A stretch of DNA of 64,000 nucleotides from Candidatus Poribacteria bacterium (GCA_965116925.1 OZ220744.1:4096001-4160000); one strand, 5' to 3'; counted from the stretch's first letter, positions 39,324 to 49,423 are shown. Made by a program: numbers and translations. The notes: generated from the letters alone by a model not told the origin.

Positions 39324-40301
39324 TCAGGATAATCTTTGACGCGCTAAAGCGGCTGCCCCAATCACACCCGCGTTATCGCCAAGGGTTGCTTCGACAATCT
39401 GAACACCGTCCATTGTTGTAGGTAAAGCATACTTAGCTGCCGCTTGGCGGATCGGATCTAACAAACTATCCCCCATCGCCTCGATAACACCCCCACCGAG
39501 CACAACCATTTCAGGGTTCAAGAAATGGACAATCGAGGCGACACTAATTCCCAGATATTTCCCGGCGCGTTGCATCACCTTAATCGTCGGCTTATCGCCA
39601 CGCTTGACAGCTTTAGCAATGGCTTGACTCCGAATTTGGTCGAGTTTGCCGCCATTCAGCTTGGTGAGTATGCTTTTCTTCCCTTTTTTCAGGATGGCTT
39701 TCTGAAGTTCTTTAGTAATTGCGGTACGACTGGCAACAGCCTCTAGGCAGCCGAAATTGCCACAACCGCACCGGGGACCGTTCGCTTTCACAATCATGTG
39801 ACCGACTTCCCCCGCGGTTTTATTGACACCGTGAAAGAGTTTCCCATCTAAGATAATACCACCGCCGATTCCTGTGCCGACGAAAATCCCGACAAGATTT
39901 TTTACTCCTTGTCCGGCGCCGAAGGCATATTCACCGAGTGCCCCCACATTGACATCATTATCAACGAAGGTAGGAATGCTAAGGTTTGCTTCTAGTTTCG
40001 CTTTGAGCGGCACGTTTGACCAACCGAGGTTAGGCGCGAAGATAATGACTCCTGTCTCCGGATCAAGTGGGCCCGGCGACCCAATACCGATTGCACGAAT
40101 TTGGGAAGGTTGAAGTTCAGCACCGTCAATCGCTTCTCGTATACATCGCGCGATCCGTTTAATCACTTCATCGGACCCTTTCTTTGGCTTTGTCGCTGTT
40201 TTGGCTTGCTGAACAATTTCTCCCCTAGCATTAATAACGGCAGCTAGGATCTTCGTGCCTCCCATATCTACCCCGACAATATAATCGTTATTCACCACCA
40301 T
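39324..40301 (-). CDS. ROK family sugar kinase (glucokinase-like)
   Basis: GVDMGGTK, NDVN, GTGIGGG, GEVGH and CGCGNFGCLE motifs. Confidence 0.93.
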   Translation of the reverse strand: MVVNNDYIVGVDMGGTKILAAVINARGEIVQQAKTATKPKKGSDEVIKRIARCIREAIDGAELQPSQIRAIGIGSPGPLDPETGVIIFAPNLGWSNVPLKAKLEANLSIPTFVDNDVNVGALGEYAFGAGQGVKNLVGIFVGTGIGGGIILDGKLFHGVNKTAGEVGHMIVKANGPRCGCGNFGCLEAVASRTAITKELQKAILKKGKKSILTKLNGGKLDQIRSQAIAKAVKRGDKPTIKVMQRAGKYLGISVASIVHFLNPEMVVLGGGVIEAMGDSLLDPIRQAAAKYALPTTMDGVQIVEATLGDNAGVIGAAALARQRLS

Positions 40302-40373
40302 TTTCTGCGTCTCCTTTGCGGTCTGAATTGAGCGGTCTGCTTCTTAAATTCAGCTATGGAGAGATGGAGGCAC

Positions 40374-40886
40374 CTAAACCCCCTGAGAAGGTGCTTCTGC
40401 TACCGATTCACCTGTAACGATTTTAAGGAGTTGATCTTTGAAATCTGCCTCCTCAAGGGCATCCCACCCCTGCAAAAACGATTGATACTTTACTTTCCGC
40501 ATCTCACGGTAGCGGAGCAGGAGAGCATTGATGCCAATCGCATCGGCCTCTGTATCCCCTTGATTCGGAAGCTCTTGCAAATAATCCGTCAGAACCCTCT
40601 CGACGACATCGTAATCATGAATATCCCCCAGTTGTTCCTGCAAATCAGCCAGTATTTTCAGGAAATCTTTGAACTCCTCACCATAGTTGATGGCGAAAAA
40701 CTCCATCGAATAGCGCAGCCGCTTAATTGATATTCGCAGGTTATGAAGTTCTTTGATTTTATCCGGGTCGCGAATAAATTCCCCCCACGAGTATACTTCC
40801 TGAATCTTCACAGCAAGGATAACCTGTGCATTCCAACGATAGCTCGATTGTGGTTGAATCCCCTTTGTCTTCCACGCTTTTGCCAT
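40374..40886 (-). CDS. CHAD domain protein (half domain, C-terminal-type)
   Basis: LHNLRISIKRLRYSME and LQEQLGDIHDYDV motifs. Confidence 0.85.
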   Translation of the reverse strand: MAKAWKTKGIQPQSSYRWNAQVILAVKIQEVYSWGEFIRDPDKIKELHNLRISIKRLRYSMEFFAINYGEEFKDFLKILADLQEQLGDIHDYDVVERVLTDYLQELPNQGDTEADAIGINALLLRYREMRKVKYQSFLQGWDALEEADFKDQLLKIVTGESVAEAPSQGV

Positions 40887-40888
40887 AT

Positions 40889-41359
40889 CTATACCTTGAA
40901 AAATTTCAAGAACTTCCGCTCGAAGCTACTCTTGTCCAACTCTTCAAACATCCTAAGCATCGGCACCCGCCGCTCTTCCCGTTCTCGTTGGAGATGTCTT
41001 ACTAAGTTTTGAACACCACTCTGTGCATCTTCTGGCACCGTTTTTAGGTCTTTTTGAAAGCGATCAATCAACACATCTAAATCGCGCACGTCTCCCAGCC
41101 TGCTTGTAATCCGCTCGACCCGTTTGAAGTGCCTGCGAAACTTCTTTTTTCGGGTGAAGCAATCCGCAAAGTTTCGCATCGCAGCGCGGAGCCGTCGGGA
41201 AGCGACCCGCATATCATGAACGTACTCGATATCTGTCCCATCAATCACCCCCTCTTTGAAAGACATCATCTCATGCAGCCGGGTTGTGATAATCCTTCGT
41301 GCACATTCCTCAAGGCTTTTCTCCGGCGCAATACCTTTAACATTCTGTGCTTTTGCCAT
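40889..41359 (-). CDS. CHAD domain protein (half domain, N-terminal-type)
   Basis: VHDMRVASRRLRAA and LGDVRDLDV motifs. Confidence 0.85.
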   Translation of the reverse strand: MAKAQNVKGIAPEKSLEECARRIITTRLHEMMSFKEGVIDGTDIEYVHDMRVASRRLRAAMRNFADCFTRKKKFRRHFKRVERITSRLGDVRDLDVLIDRFQKDLKTVPEDAQSGVQNLVRHLQREREERRVPMLRMFEELDKSSFERKFLKFFKV

Positions 41360-41379
41360 ATCACTGATGATCTCCTTCT

Positions 41380-41472
41380 TCTAATTCTCCGCTTTGACGC
41401 CGATTTCTGCGATCGAATCTGATTGAACACCTGCGGTGATTTTGCCTGAAATTTTGCTTCAACTTCGATCAT
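41380..41472 (-). pseudogene. truncated CYTH-domain gene remnant (3' limit approximate)
   Basis: MIEVEAKFQAKSPQVFNQIR carries the CYTH ExExK N-terminal motif; similarity ends after about 23 codons. Confidence 0.5.
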
Positions 41473-41538
41473 TATCTGCTCGCACCGAAGATTATTAAGA
41501 GGCCCTTCCAACCGCTAAATTTAAGGTAGATTGAATAA

Positions 41539-42570
41539 TCAGCCGATCAGCCTATTCACCGTGCAAAACGTTCGTTGTGGGTAGATGTCCTGAAGAATTG
41601 AAATTGCTGCATCCGTATAGATGACATCAACACCAGAGTTACCAATCCGAATCATGCCCTCGATGTTCCCACGCATATACGGATCGGTACTCACCGCTTT
41701 GTCCCAAACACTTCCAAGTATCCCACGTGGTTCGATCGCCTTCGGATCATGTCCGAAAGCACACCGTCCAATCTCAAACTGATTGAATAGGAGTTCCACC
41801 TGTGATACATCCTCCCACCAGCGGCGCGTGCCCACCGGACTGTTCAACGAGCCATCAGATGCTAACAACGGGTGCTCAAATCTGCCCGTCCGCCGGAGCG
41901 CATCAAACCGATCGTTTAGGTCGTCGATGCCGTCCTCAAGCTCAATTGGTGGTCCGGCGTGGAAAAACCCCCACTCTTCTTCCCGGTAAGCAACCGGCAG
42001 CTCCTCAATCCATCCTAACGTTCCGTCCGACTCAATGATACGAAGAAATAGAGACCACGCCTCCCAGAGATCTGAGGTAAAGGCGGGATGGTTAAAACGC
42101 CACTGCTGTGTTGCGTACTTAATCAGCGAATCTGAATCGGGAGCGGATTTCGCGACCGCCTGATAAATCTCTGCGATTGCCTGTGTCGAGAGCGGATCAA
42201 TTTGCAGACGCCGCAACCAATTGTCCAATTCCTCGTTTGGCCTCGCCCATGAGGCAATCGTCTGCCAATGTTCGGGATTTGCCAACCATACTTGGCGATG
42301 ATGCTTGTCGTGAACGGCACGGAGTAAGAGAAGTTCGTGGTTGCCAAGAAGCGCGATCACCTGATCGGGAACCTGACGTTCTAGCGATCGGATCAGATCG
42401 ATAACCTGCTTGGAATCGGGACCGCTTGTGACATAATCTCCGAGGAGAAATAGACGCGCCTCTCCACCAACCCACTTATTGTTTTCATCAATTAGCTCTG
42501 CGTGCAGAAGCAGATTGCGAAAAGCACGGTAGTTAGCATGGATATCTGAGATAATATACCATAAACGCAT
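41539..42570 (-). CDS. metallophosphoesterase (Ser/Thr phosphatase-like)
   Basis: SDIH, LGDYV, GNHE, HAG and FGH motifs. Confidence 0.88.
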   Translation of the reverse strand: MRLWYIISDIHANYRAFRNLLLHAELIDENNKWVGGEARLFLLGDYVTSGPDSKQVIDLIRSLERQVPDQVIALLGNHELLLLRAVHDKHHRQVWLANPEHWQTIASWARPNEELDNWLRRLQIDPLSTQAIAEIYQAVAKSAPDSDSLIKYATQQWRFNHPAFTSDLWEAWSLFLRIIESDGTLGWIEELPVAYREEEWGFFHAGPPIELEDGIDDLNDRFDALRRTGRFEHPLLASDGSLNSPVGTRRWWEDVSQVELLFNQFEIGRCAFGHDPKAIEPRGILGSVWDKAVSTDPYMRGNIEGMIRIGNSGVDVIYTDAAISILQDIYPQRTFCTVNRLIG

Positions 42571-42641
42571 AAGTAGTTATACAGAGTAGGCTGCTCTTGA
42601 GAAATTTCTAAAGCGAATCGAGAATTGATAGATATTGTATC

Positions 42642-44015
42642 TCATTTGACATGGCGCATGTAAATATCACCAATATCGCTGCGGGCATCGCTCCACATAA
42701 CGCTTAATTGACCCGACTCGGATTCGACGACATAAGGCGGTTGCTGCACGCCGTCCGCCGTGCATAGAGGAATTCCGTTTTCAGTCCAAAGTGCTTTCCC
42801 CTCTAAATTGATTTTCTGCCCATAGATAGCATCATTGCTCTCATCGCCATAATCTTCTCGAAAATCGAGCCACGCAACAAAAAACTCGTTTTCGCCGTGC
42901 TGTGTCAGGAACGGTTTATCCTGATAGCCTCCAGCGGTGCACAACGGGATTCCATTGGTTCTCCACCGAGGGGTGCCATCAGCACCGATTCGTTGAGCGT
43001 ACAAATCTGAAAAGACATCCCGTTCATCCCGCCAAACGGCTACCACTCCCCCATGTCCATCGCTTGTAATTGTTCGATTTTTCTGAATACCCTCCGCGTT
43101 GCAAATCGGCACACCATTTGCCTCCCAAACCTTGTTCCCCGCTGGATCTATCCGCTGCGCGTAAAAATCATCGTTGATAAAATTCTCGTAGATCTGCCAG
43201 ACAACGATAAGGCCGCCTTGTCCATCGCTCACAGCACGGGGCTCGCCCTGCAATCCTTCCATCGGTGAGACAACCGTTGGTGCCTGCCAACGATGTTTGC
43301 CGTCCATGCCTATCCGACGCACCATGATATCCCACAGCTCGTAACCGATGACCTCCCACCAGACAACGTAGAAGCTATCTGCGTCGCCAGAAACCAACCG
43401 GGGAGTGCTCTGAAGTGCTTCGGAAGGGAAAACCGGGACCCCATCATGTTCCCACATCGGTTGACCGGCAGCGTTAATTCGCTGGACATAGAGATCATGT
43501 AAGTCGGGGTCTCGACGCCGGTCTTTCCAAACGATAACCGCTCCGCCTGATCCATCGCTTAGCATTTCTATATCAGATTGGTCAGCCGGGTGTGTACATA
43601 CGGGAACACCCCCGTCAGGCATCAGCTTATTCCCTGACAGATCTATCGCTTGGGCGTAGACATCCCAATTCCCCGGTGCACGTTGATCCGTCCAAGCAAT
43701 AACTATCTGTGCGTCATTACGCACCAGCCGCAGCCATCGTTGATCCCGCTTTTTCTCGCAAATCGCCACACCACCCTGATTCCATAAGGGGATCCCATCG
43801 GGGTTGAGCCGTTGAGCATAAACATCCCAATCTTTGCCAGTACGGAAGTCCTCCCAGATGACAACCGTTCCGCCAATCCCATCACTGACCCCTCGTGGTG
43901 CAAACTGACCTTGATGGGCAATCGCAATAGGAATGTTCTCTGAAGCACCGGCTAGCATAGAGCCAAACACAAGAAGCGTGCCGAATAACATCGACCAGAA
44001 ACGTGTCTGTTTCAT
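42642..44015 (-). CDS. secreted repeat (beta-propeller-like) protein
   Basis: Signal peptide; about seven ~60-aa repeats SDG.GG....W.D.R...D.YAQRI...G...W...G.P.C. Confidence 0.75.
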   Translation of the reverse strand: MKQTRFWSMLFGTLLVFGSMLAGASENIPIAIAHQGQFAPRGVSDGIGGTVVIWEDFRTGKDWDVYAQRLNPDGIPLWNQGGVAICEKKRDQRWLRLVRNDAQIVIAWTDQRAPGNWDVYAQAIDLSGNKLMPDGGVPVCTHPADQSDIEMLSDGSGGAVIVWKDRRRDPDLHDLYVQRINAAGQPMWEHDGVPVFPSEALQSTPRLVSGDADSFYVVWWEVIGYELWDIMVRRIGMDGKHRWQAPTVVSPMEGLQGEPRAVSDGQGGLIVVWQIYENFINDDFYAQRIDPAGNKVWEANGVPICNAEGIQKNRTITSDGHGGVVAVWRDERDVFSDLYAQRIGADGTPRWRTNGIPLCTAGGYQDKPFLTQHGENEFFVAWLDFREDYGDESNDAIYGQKINLEGKALWTENGIPLCTADGVQQPPYVVESESGQLSVMWSDARSDIGDIYMRHVK

Positions 44016-44108
44016 GTTTTGCTCACATCCGTATCGTGTTAAGCGCAATCACCGTGTGTAGCAAGGGTCAGCTGGCGATTTTGAAAAACTGCCTTAGCAT
44101 ACACCAAT

Positions 44109-44909
44109 CTACTGAGGCGAATTTGCGGTCAGATCGTCACTCGTTATCGTCGGGCACCAGAACTTTTCTATGTACGCGATGATCAGTTGGGTCCCCTCCT
44201 CGTGGCTGACATAAGGGGGCTTGAACGGATTGTACATTGCGTCAGTGAGATCCCGAACTAGTGCAACGTTGAATTGTCCTGACTGAACCATCGCTTTAAT
44301 CGCGAAAGATCTACCCAGTACACACATATTGGTGTGGACGCCCATGTAGAGTAGATTTTTAATCTCCTTTTGCTTAAGGATGTTATACACCTCTTGACCG
44401 TTGTCGCTGATGGCATCTCCATCTTTAATTTCGATTGCTGGGTGTTGACGGTGCCACGCTTTGAAGCTGTTTTCCTCGCCGGTATCCGAACCGCCATCCG
44501 ACGAATCAACTGGCTGGGGTGGATCTGGGCGTTCAATCAGATCGGGCATTTCTATATGCGGGACATCAAGGACCCAAGTCCGCGCGGGGTGCCCGTCGTA
44601 GAAATCCATCGTATCTGACGGTGCGTGAATAATCTGTATCCCTCGATCCCTGGCGGTATTAACGACAGCATTCATTCGTGGTGCCATAATATCCACACGC
44701 TCTGTTGCACCCCATGACCAGTGTTTGTTCCACATATCCACGATGACAATTGCTGTTTCGGACGGCTGCCAAAGAACTTCCTCTTCGACAACCCGCCAGC
44801 CATTGCGCCCGGTCGTCTTTGGTGCTTGTCGCAAGGTGGTTAATTGCAGCCCATCATTATCGGTGAGCTCACTTGCCCCAGATGCGAAGAGTGGAATATT
44901 GAGTATCAT
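44109..44909 (-). CDS. isochorismatase/cysteine hydrolase family protein
   Basis: TAIVIVDMW, MGVHTNMCV and RDLTD motifs. Confidence 0.8.
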   Translation of the reverse strand: MILNIPLFASGASELTDNDGLQLTTLRQAPKTTGRNGWRVVEEEVLWQPSETAIVIVDMWNKHWSWGATERVDIMAPRMNAVVNTARDRGIQIIHAPSDTMDFYDGHPARTWVLDVPHIEMPDLIERPDPPQPVDSSDGGSDTGEENSFKAWHRQHPAIEIKDGDAISDNGQEVYNILKQKEIKNLLYMGVHTNMCVLGRSFAIKAMVQSGQFNVALVRDLTDAMYNPFKPPYVSHEEGTQLIIAYIEKFWCPTITSDDLTANSPQ

Positions 44910-44934
44910 TGTGCGTCCTCCTTGCTTCCCGTTT

Positions 44935-46176
44935 TTACGAAATTCCCTTTACCATGAAGGTTGCATATACCTTTGTGGTCTTAACCAGATCTGATACACT
45001 AACCCGCTCGTTCATACCGTGGGCACCCTGTCCATTTGGACCATAACCGACGCCGGGCAGCCCCCCCTCTTCGACGAAGAAATGCAGGTCGGTAAAGCCG
45101 CTTGTCGTACTGAACTTAATTGGCTGACGACGGATGCTACGCACTGCTCGTGCAAATGCTTGAGGAAAGTGATGTTCAGGCTCCACAACGCACGGGTCAA
45201 TCTTCAATATCGAAGCCACGTCTACCTTCATTTCCGCGTCGGATTGACAGACCTCCTCAATTACCCCACGCAGCTCCGCTTCCGCCCCTGCTAGACGCTC
45301 GTTGGGGAGGATTCTCCGATCTATGGAGAAGATTGTCTGTGCAGGAACGGTATTGACCTTATCGCCCTCCGTGCCGTGAAAGATGCCGCCGATGTTAAGT
45401 GTGGGATAGCGGTCATCGCCCGAAAAGGTTTTGAAAGCACGGTCTGACGCTTTTAACTGCTGCTTCAGGGGTTGGATCCCCGTGACGAGAGCAGCGGACT
45501 TTTCAAAGGCGTTCAATCCCTTGTCTGGATTAGCGGCATGAGCTGCTTTGCCGTGAACTTTCACTTCCAACCACAATACACCGTTATGTCCCAAACCCAC
45601 GTTGAGAACAGATCCGCCTTCGCAATTGACGACATAATCTGCCTGAACCCACCCGTTGCGTACGACATGCCCTGCCCCTAGCTCGCCACCAATCTCTTCG
45701 TCGCAAGTGAGCGAACATTCGATATTGAAAGCGGGTTGAACGCCGTTCTCCTGTAGTGCTGCCATCGCAAACAGCAGGGCGGCGATAGAATCTTTCATGT
45801 CATCTGCTCCCCTACCGTAGAGCCAATCCCCGACAATCTCTGGCTTAAACGGATCGATACGCCAATCACCGGAGACAGGCACGACATCGTAGTGAGCATT
45901 GAAATGGACCGTTTTTTCTGCTCCAACGTCCCACCTCGCGATCAGGTTCATGCGCGGATAATCGTCTGCGTGTGGCACAACTGCCTGCGCTTCAGCTTGG
46001 GGGACCGGCACAATCTTTGTGCTCATGCCGAGTGCCTCGCACCGTTCCTGAAGCAGCTGCACGATTTCTGCATAGTTTGTGCCGGGCGGATTCACAGTCG
46101 GAATCCTGACCAATTCTTTCAGTGAATCGCAAAGCTGTGCCTTACCACCTTCGATGTGGTTGTATATCTTCTCCAT
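44935..46176 (-). CDS. M20 family metallopeptidase (ArgE/DapE-like)
   Basis: HYDVVP, GRGADDMK, DEE, GKAAHA and AH..NE motifs. Confidence 0.92.
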   Translation of the reverse strand: MEKIYNHIEGGKAQLCDSLKELVRIPTVNPPGTNYAEIVQLLQERCEALGMSTKIVPVPQAEAQAVVPHADDYPRMNLIARWDVGAEKTVHFNAHYDVVPVSGDWRIDPFKPEIVGDWLYGRGADDMKDSIAALLFAMAALQENGVQPAFNIECSLTCDEEIGGELGAGHVVRNGWVQADYVVNCEGGSVLNVGLGHNGVLWLEVKVHGKAAHAANPDKGLNAFEKSAALVTGIQPLKQQLKASDRAFKTFSGDDRYPTLNIGGIFHGTEGDKVNTVPAQTIFSIDRRILPNERLAGAEAELRGVIEEVCQSDAEMKVDVASILKIDPCVVEPEHHFPQAFARAVRSIRRQPIKFSTTSGFTDLHFFVEEGGLPGVGYGPNGQGAHGMNERVSVSDLVKTTKVYATFMVKGIS

Positions 46177-46221
46177 AATCACTCCCTTTGTGGTCTCGCG
46201 GCTAGTGAATCAGATACTTTA

Positions 46222-47439
46222 CTACTCTATAATTTCCGTTACAACTCCCATGCCAATCTTTACTTCCATCTTCTTGATCTCGAACCGCGTGCCGATTGCT
46301 AGTGCCATCGGCACATCAAGCGAAATTTGCACGGTTGCATGTTCACCCGGATTGATAATCGCAACCTCCGACGAAAGATGGAGATGACCTGTAACGTCAA
46401 TTGTCCAGAGATGGATCTCCGGCTTATCATTCCCAACAAGGGGGATATGCGTTCCACACTCCTCTTGGGTCATCACGTAAACCGCCGCCACAAATTCGGT
46501 GTGCGACTTGATGCTCTTCGGTTGTGAAACAACCTGCCCCGGCGTAATCCACCCCATTTCCGCATCGACTCGGACCTCATCTTCTGTATTTTTACCCGCT
46601 TCATCACGGTTCACGCCAATCGAGGAGGCGGCGTCGGCGTGTCGCAGACCAACGCAGCGAGTCTTAATCCGATCCCCTTTGCCGACGACATCAATCGGGT
46701 GCCCCACCGCTAGACCGCCCTGAGCCATCTCACCGTACAGTGTCGAGGTGCCTTTGGGGCTGTCAATAACCTTACGGATCGGCATCAGCAAAGGCAATTC
46801 AAGTGAATTCAGCGGCTGCGGCATGCAACGATTCATCGCGAAGATGAGATCGACAATCGGTTTCCAGTGATCCGAATTAAGATTTTGTCCCTTATAGTTA
46901 CAGGCTTTCTCCGCGTCGCCAACGATGATGGGTGACTCTTCTTCCGCATAACCGCAATCCGTAAGGATCTCACGGATCTCCATCTCGCAAATCTCGATTA
47001 ATTCTAGATCCTTGACCTTCTCTGCCTTGTTCAGGAAGGTGACAACCGTGGGGACACGAACTTGACTAGCGAGCCGAATCTCGGCTTCTGCTTCTGCCGT
47101 TACACCTTCGACTGCGCTCACCACCAAAATCGCGCCACGAATCCCCGGCGAATCACCGATCAACATCTTGACGTTATCTCCATGACTCATGCCATCAAGA
47201 TGTGTGTAATGTCTACCACTTGTCTCATAATCAACCGCTTTATAACTGACGTAAGTCTGTAATCCTATTGAGTGATGCGTTGGTTGCTGCGCTTCAAAAT
47301 CATCCGCATCCATCTGGGTAGAGCCAATCCGTGAAACCACCTTGATTATTCCGGCAGCCAGCATCGTTTTACCGTGTCCCACCCCGCCAAGTGTGCAGAT
47401 TGTCAACCCTTGATGTCGGTATTGCCTTTTTTCATCCAT
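46222..47439 (-). CDS. divergent elongation factor Tu-like protein
   Basis: Collinear with all three EF-Tu domains (GHGKT, YET..RHY.H.D, GAILVVSA, FLNK, EMEIREIL, GQV...P.SI..HT.F, DVTG, G.RF, G.GVV) but with degenerate functional motifs. Confidence 0.85.
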   Translation of the reverse strand: MDEKRQYRHQGLTICTLGGVGHGKTMLAAGIIKVVSRIGSTQMDADDFEAQQPTHHSIGLQTYVSYKAVDYETSGRHYTHLDGMSHGDNVKMLIGDSPGIRGAILVVSAVEGVTAEAEAEIRLASQVRVPTVVTFLNKAEKVKDLELIEICEMEIREILTDCGYAEEESPIIVGDAEKACNYKGQNLNSDHWKPIVDLIFAMNRCMPQPLNSLELPLLMPIRKVIDSPKGTSTLYGEMAQGGLAVGHPIDVVGKGDRIKTRCVGLRHADAASSIGVNRDEAGKNTEDEVRVDAEMGWITPGQVVSQPKSIKSHTEFVAAVYVMTQEECGTHIPLVGNDKPEIHLWTIDVTGHLHLSSEVAIINPGEHATVQISLDVPMALAIGTRFEIKKMEVKIGMGVVTEIIE

Positions 47440-47571
47440 CGCTTTCCCCTCTGACAGAAATTCTGTGAACTCACTGCCCACCTACTCACTGCTCCAGATT
47501 GAAGATTGGATTGAAAGATGGTATTTGGTATTTTACCATAGAGGAGAGGGCAGAGTCCATCAAAAGAAAAA

Positions 47572-47724
47572 TGGGGTGCGGTGGATCATTAGAGAATTCA
47601 CCTAGATTTGTAGTAGTCTACACGGTAGCAGACACTTAGTGCCTATGCTGCTTGACACTGGCTAAAGCCTCGGCACCCGGCGAAATTTTACTTGCGAACC
47701 TGATACTCGCCTACCGTCACCCCA
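47572..47724 (-). ncRNA. candidate structured ncRNA (6S-like long hairpin)
   Basis: Terminal pairing UGGGGUG-A-CGGU / ACCG-CACCCCA, further stems, and a U-rich 3' tail; folded by eye only. Confidence 0.35.
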
Positions 47725-47844
47725 GCTATGACAGAATTAATCCAGATTTAATGAAAAAACTTGAGAACTCCTAGTGGGAATTTGTGTCTATAATTATAAC
47801 TATACTTGTGCTTATATCGTAATATGAGTAATGTGATCGCATTC

Positions 47845-47955
47845 GGGGCATTTAGTTTTCAGTTTTTTAACCGATTTTGACGGATAGATAGCAGATTGAC
47901 TCCTACACCGTAGGCGGGGCATCTGGTTTCCCCGCCCGAAGAATTAAATGACCCT
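47845..47955. mobile_element. MITE family E
   Basis: GGGCATTTAGTTTTC...GAAGAATTAAATGACCC imperfect TIRs; homologous to the 7556-7886 host. Confidence 0.65.
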
Positions 47956-47976
47956 AGGTAATTGCATTAGAGCCTG

Positions 47977-48005
47977 TTGACGAATTGAATCAAATCATGT
48001 AAAAT
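47977..48005 (+). promoter_or_regulatory. sigma70-type promoter
   Basis: TTGACG-17 nt-TAAAAT upstream of the TolB-like gene. Confidence 0.5.
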
Positions 48006-48156
48006 AGATCTGCCAATGTTTTCACCCTAGGACAAATATCCGCTTTGAGGGGTTTTGATGTGGCATTTCAGAAATAATCCGAGTTGCCAACACCAGTTGA
48101 CCTGTATCAGCCCCAAAGGATAAGAAACCAATTTGAGACCAGAGGAGGAAAGACAG

Positions 48157-49134
48157 ATGCAACGGAGATATACGCTAGCACATTTCATTTTAACTGGCGT
48201 TGTAGCCTTGAGTCTAACACTGATGGTAACCGCTGACGCACAGGCACAGATTGCTTTTGTGTCTTATAGGGCTGGTCCCCCTGAAATCTACGTGATGGAT
48301 GCCGATGGGAAGAATCAGCGCAGACTTACGACTAATATCTGGGAGGACTTGCATCCCGCATGGTCTCCGGACGGTGAACGCATTGCCTTCAGTTCCGGCA
48401 GGAATGGGAGAAAGTATGATATCTACGTGATGGATGCCGATGGGAAGAATCAACAAAGACTCACTGAAAACCCCACGCGTGACTCGCATCCCGCATGGTC
48501 TCCGGACGGTAAACGCATTGCCTTCAGTTCCAGAGCGCATGGACCCGACGAAATCTACGTGATGGACGCCGATGGAAGTAATCTACAAAGACTTACTGAA
48601 GATCTTGATCATGACTGGTCTCCCTCATGGTCACCCGACGGCAAACGCATTGCCTTCATGTCCGATAGGAATGACAACTTTTTCGACTTTGGAATCTACG
48701 TGATGGACGCCGATGGGAGGAATCTACAAAACCTCACTGACAACGCCCAGGAGGACTGGTATCCCTCATGGTCTCCTGACGGTGAACGCATCGTCTTCAT
48801 GTCTCGTAGGGATGGGAACGGGGAAATCTACGTGATGGATGCCGATGGGAGGAATCAGCAAAGACTCACTAAACATGCCGAGCATGACTGGTCTCCCTCA
48901 TGGTCTCCTGACGGTGAACGGATTACCTTCGCGTCTGATAGGAATGGGAACTATGAAATCTACGTGATGGATGCCGATGGGGGGAATCGACGAAGAGTCA
49001 CTAAACATCGCCAGGATGACTTTAGTCCTGCATGGTTTACCCCTACTTTTGCAGCTGAAGTTGCACCTTTTGCAGTTGCTCCCGCAGGTAAAAAGTTTAC
49101 AATGTGGGGCTGGTTCAAACAGGGCGACAAATAA
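48157..49134 (+). CDS. secreted TolB-like beta-propeller (PD40 repeats)
   Basis: Signal peptide; six IYVMDADG...RLT...P.WSPDG..IAF repeats. Confidence 0.92.
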   Translation: MQRRYTLAHFILTGVVALSLTLMVTADAQAQIAFVSYRAGPPEIYVMDADGKNQRRLTTNIWEDLHPAWSPDGERIAFSSGRNGRKYDIYVMDADGKNQQRLTENPTRDSHPAWSPDGKRIAFSSRAHGPDEIYVMDADGSNLQRLTEDLDHDWSPSWSPDGKRIAFMSDRNDNFFDFGIYVMDADGRNLQNLTDNAQEDWYPSWSPDGERIVFMSRRDGNGEIYVMDADGRNQQRLTKHAEHDWSPSWSPDGERITFASDRNGNYEIYVMDADGGNRRRVTKHRQDDFSPAWFTPTFAAEVAPFAVAPAGKKFTMWGWFKQGDK

Positions 49135-49423
49135 CCACCACTATCACTAAAACTGTCCGGTGTTAAGAAAAACCTCACCGGTACGCTGAATTCAATTACC
49201 ATCAGATGCAATTTGAGTCCATAAAAATATCTGTATTACCGCTATTTTGTCCTGCTAAATTTGTCTTGATACACATAAATCATAGAACCCATGCAGCCAA
49301 CTGTAGGCGGGGTATCTGGTTTCCCCGCACCACTTATGCTGAAATCTGTAATCCTGAATCATAGCTTTGTTGTTACATACAGATCAACGTCTTAATTCGT
49401 CAACACGCCCTAGGAGATTGATT

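Noticed and set aside
46222..47439. EF-Tu-like protein as SelB serving the nearby UGA
   Set aside because: It ends at domain III with no winged-helix SECIS-binding extension and resembles EF-Tu more than SelB. Proximity to the Sec candidate alone is not evidence.
48280..49030. DNA repeats with a ~130-bp period
   Set aside because: They are fully explained by the coding PD40 propeller repeats.
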